DNA from: a virus
Taxonomy: Duplodnaviria > Caudoviricetes
Reading direction: 5' to 3' (one strand)
IMG/VR virus record: IMGVR_UViG_3300037634_002601
Coordinates: 1-39,403 of that record
Length of the DNA: 39,403 nucleotides
The first letter of the stretch is position 1, and every line of letters begins with the position of its first letter. The translations under genes were made by a program, and so were the position numbers. This document shows, piece by piece, positions 38,279-39,403 of this stretch. The notes beneath the pieces were generated by a model. That model had not been told where the DNA came from. It made no database searches and worked only from the letters and a program-made list of their open reading frames with translations.

Positions 38279-38660
38279 TGTACAAATATATATTGACAAG
38301 GGTGATACACTTGTTTTTATGAGATATGAAAGTGCTAAGATTCTTTTAAAGGAAGTTTTAAAATGTGAATATACTGATAGTCTTTTACATACATACGAAG
38401 AACGTGATTCAATAAATAATAATATTATTATGTTTCAGAAAGAAACCATTGTTAAGTTATCAAAAAAGGGTGAAAATTATGAAGAAATAATTGCAAACTT
38501 AAATTATGTTTCTACCAATAAGGACCAGGAAATAAGCCTTAAGGATAAGACAATAAAAAAACAAATAAGGAAAATAAAAAGACAAAAAACACTAACCACT
38601 GTTGGATTCACATTGGCTGGGATTGCAACAGTCTTGGCGGCTATATTGGCAATATTATGA
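38196..38660 (+). CDS. Spanin-like partner: signal peptide, coiled coil, C-terminal TM
   Basis: MKYLIMLTLLVVMNLQGHS-Q signal without lipobox Cys; C-terminal TVGFTLAGIATVLAAILAIL; 83-nt out-of-frame overlap with upstream gene. Confidence 0.55.
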   Translation: MKYLIMLTLLVVMNLQGHSQNFSIEKNNVQIYIDKGDTLVFMRYESAKILLKEVLKCEYTDSLLHTYEERDSINNNIIMFQKETIVKLSKKGENYEEIIANLNYVSTNKDQEISLKDKTIKKQIRKIKRQKTLTTVGFTLAGIATVLAAILAIL

Positions 38661-39403
38661 AACACTATATAAAACAAAGGCTTAGAGAATCTCTTTTAAA
38701 TGAAGATGATGATATTAAACAATCAATTATATCTTTATTAAAATCTGGAGATGAAGATAATATTGAATTAGCATATACAGCTGGTGAAGGACAAGGTATT
38801 AATGTTGATGAATTGGTTAAATCAATATATGGTGAGTTATTATTAAATAAAGCCGAAGGCAAAACAATAAAAGATAGGTTAATAAATCTTACAAATTTGA
38901 AGGAGTTGTATTTACGTAATAACAAACTAACCAGCTTACCAAAAGGTATAGAGAATTTAACCAATTTGAATGAGTTGGGTTTATCTGACAACAAACTAAC
39001 CAGCTTAAAAGGTATAGAGAAGTTAACAAATTTGAAGAGGTTGGATTTAAATAATAACGAACTAACCAGCTTAAAAGGTATTGGTAATTTAACCAATTTG
39101 CAGTGGTTGCATTTACAAGCTAACGAACTAACCAGCTTAGAAGGTATAGGTAATTTAACCAATTTGGTGTGGTTGGTTTTATCTTTTAACAAACTAACCA
39201 GCTTAGAAGGCATTGGTAAGTTAACCAATTTGAAGGCGTTGTATTTACGTAATAACGAACTAACCAGCTTAAAAGGTATAGAGAAGTTAACCAATTTGAA
39301 GGCGTTGTATTTACGTAATAACAAACTAACCAGCTTAAAAGGTATAGAGAAGTTAACCAATTTGAAGGAGTTGGATTTATCTGACAACAAACTAACCAGC
39401 TTA
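38657..39403 (+). CDS. Leucine-rich repeat protein (SDS22/internalin-like 22-aa LRR), 3'-truncated; not in ORF track
   Basis: ATG38657 (ATGA overlap), 249 codons open to window end: MKHYIKQRLRESLLNEDDD...INL TNLKELYLRNNKLTSLPKGIENL TNLNELGLSDNKLTSLKGIEKL TNLKRLDLNNNELTSLKGIGNL etc. Confidence 0.92.
   Translation, partial: MKHYIKQRLRESLLNEDDDIKQSIISLLKSGDEDNIELAYTAGEGQGINVDELVKSIYGELLLNKAEGKTIKDRLINLTNLKELYLRNNKLTSLPKGIENLTNLNELGLSDNKLTSLKGIEKLTNLKRLDLNNNELTSLKGIGNLTNLQWLHLQANELTSLEGIGNLTNLVWLVLSFNKLTSLEGIGKLTNLKALYLRNNELTSLKGIEKLTNLKALYLRNNKLTSLKGIEKLTNLKELDLSDNKLTSL
38891..39403 (+). repeat. Coding tandem array of 66-bp units (first 69 bp, last truncated), 8 units
   Basis: Units start at 38891, 38960, 39026, 39092, 39158, 39224, 39290, 39356; invariant AACTAACCAGCTTA in all eight. 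Confidence 0.95.

Larger units (their letters stand above)
1..39403 (+). mobile_element. Segment of a large lytic tailed phage genome (myovirus/jumbo phage; Bacteroidota host inferred)
   Basis: Baseplate genes (gp25-, gp6-, gpI-like), RNR, primase, gp46/47-like nuclease pair, phage sigma factor, lysis-like cassette; nearly all genes co-oriented with ATGA/TAATG overlaps; no cellular housekeeping operons. Confidence 0.93.

Noticed and set aside
38665-39390. 241-aa minus-strand repetitive ORF in the track
   Set aside because: Antisense shadow of the + strand LRR gene, which has the LxxLxLxxN consensus and ATGA coupling; the track missed the real gene because it has no stop in the window
38891-39403. 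CRISPR-like appearance (constant core every 66 bp)
   Set aside because: Intervening segments are homologous to each other, period is a multiple of 3 and in frame with an LRR protein; no cas genes
1-39403. Stop-codon reassignment as in some large phages
   Set aside because: Long genes are uninterrupted in the standard code; TAG ends genes at 27779 and 37903, and TGA ends several genes in ATGA overlaps
1-39403. tRNA, rRNA or structured ncRNA genes
   Set aside because: Intergenic gaps are short and AT-rich with no cloverleaf-like or long GC-rich structure seen by eye; a covariance-model scan was not possible

Overview
AT-rich, gene-dense 39.4-kb fragment of a large lytic myovirus (T4-like baseplate genes; probably a jumbo phage). 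A Bacteroidota host is inferred from TAnnTTTG promoters, SD-less A/T leaders, Gln-after-signal-peptide proteins, SprB repeats, and Bacteroidota-type sigma70 and M23 genes. Gene order: 5'-truncated class II RNR (nrdJ); baseplate/tail module (gp25-like, gp6-like, gpI/gp7-like, very large Cys-rich proteins with SprB and PA14-like modules, two tail-collar-like paralogs) interrupted by host-promoter-driven insertions (secreted protein, M23 peptidase); DNA metabolism block (RuvC-like, primase, PD-(D/E)XK nuclease, SbcD/SbcC); phage sigma70; putative lysis cassette (membrane protein, atypical amidase, overlapping spanin-like pair). The ORF track misses two genes. One is a 3'-truncated + strand leucine-rich-repeat gene (38657..end) whose 66-bp repeats have an almost invariant DNA framework but hypervariable ligand-face codons. 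The other is a 51-aa acidic minus-strand gene (29509..29664). Both start with the same MKx[FY]IxxxLRE leader, a candidate capsid-targeting and cleavage signal. This suggests a system of virion-packaged, injected effectors that includes a diversifying LRR. Two promoter classes are visible: host-type TAnnTTTG before DNA-metabolism and inserted genes, and ATATTTATA before structural and lysis genes. Standard genetic code; no tRNA, rRNA or CRISPR seen. All family assignments come from motif recognition by eye, not database searches.
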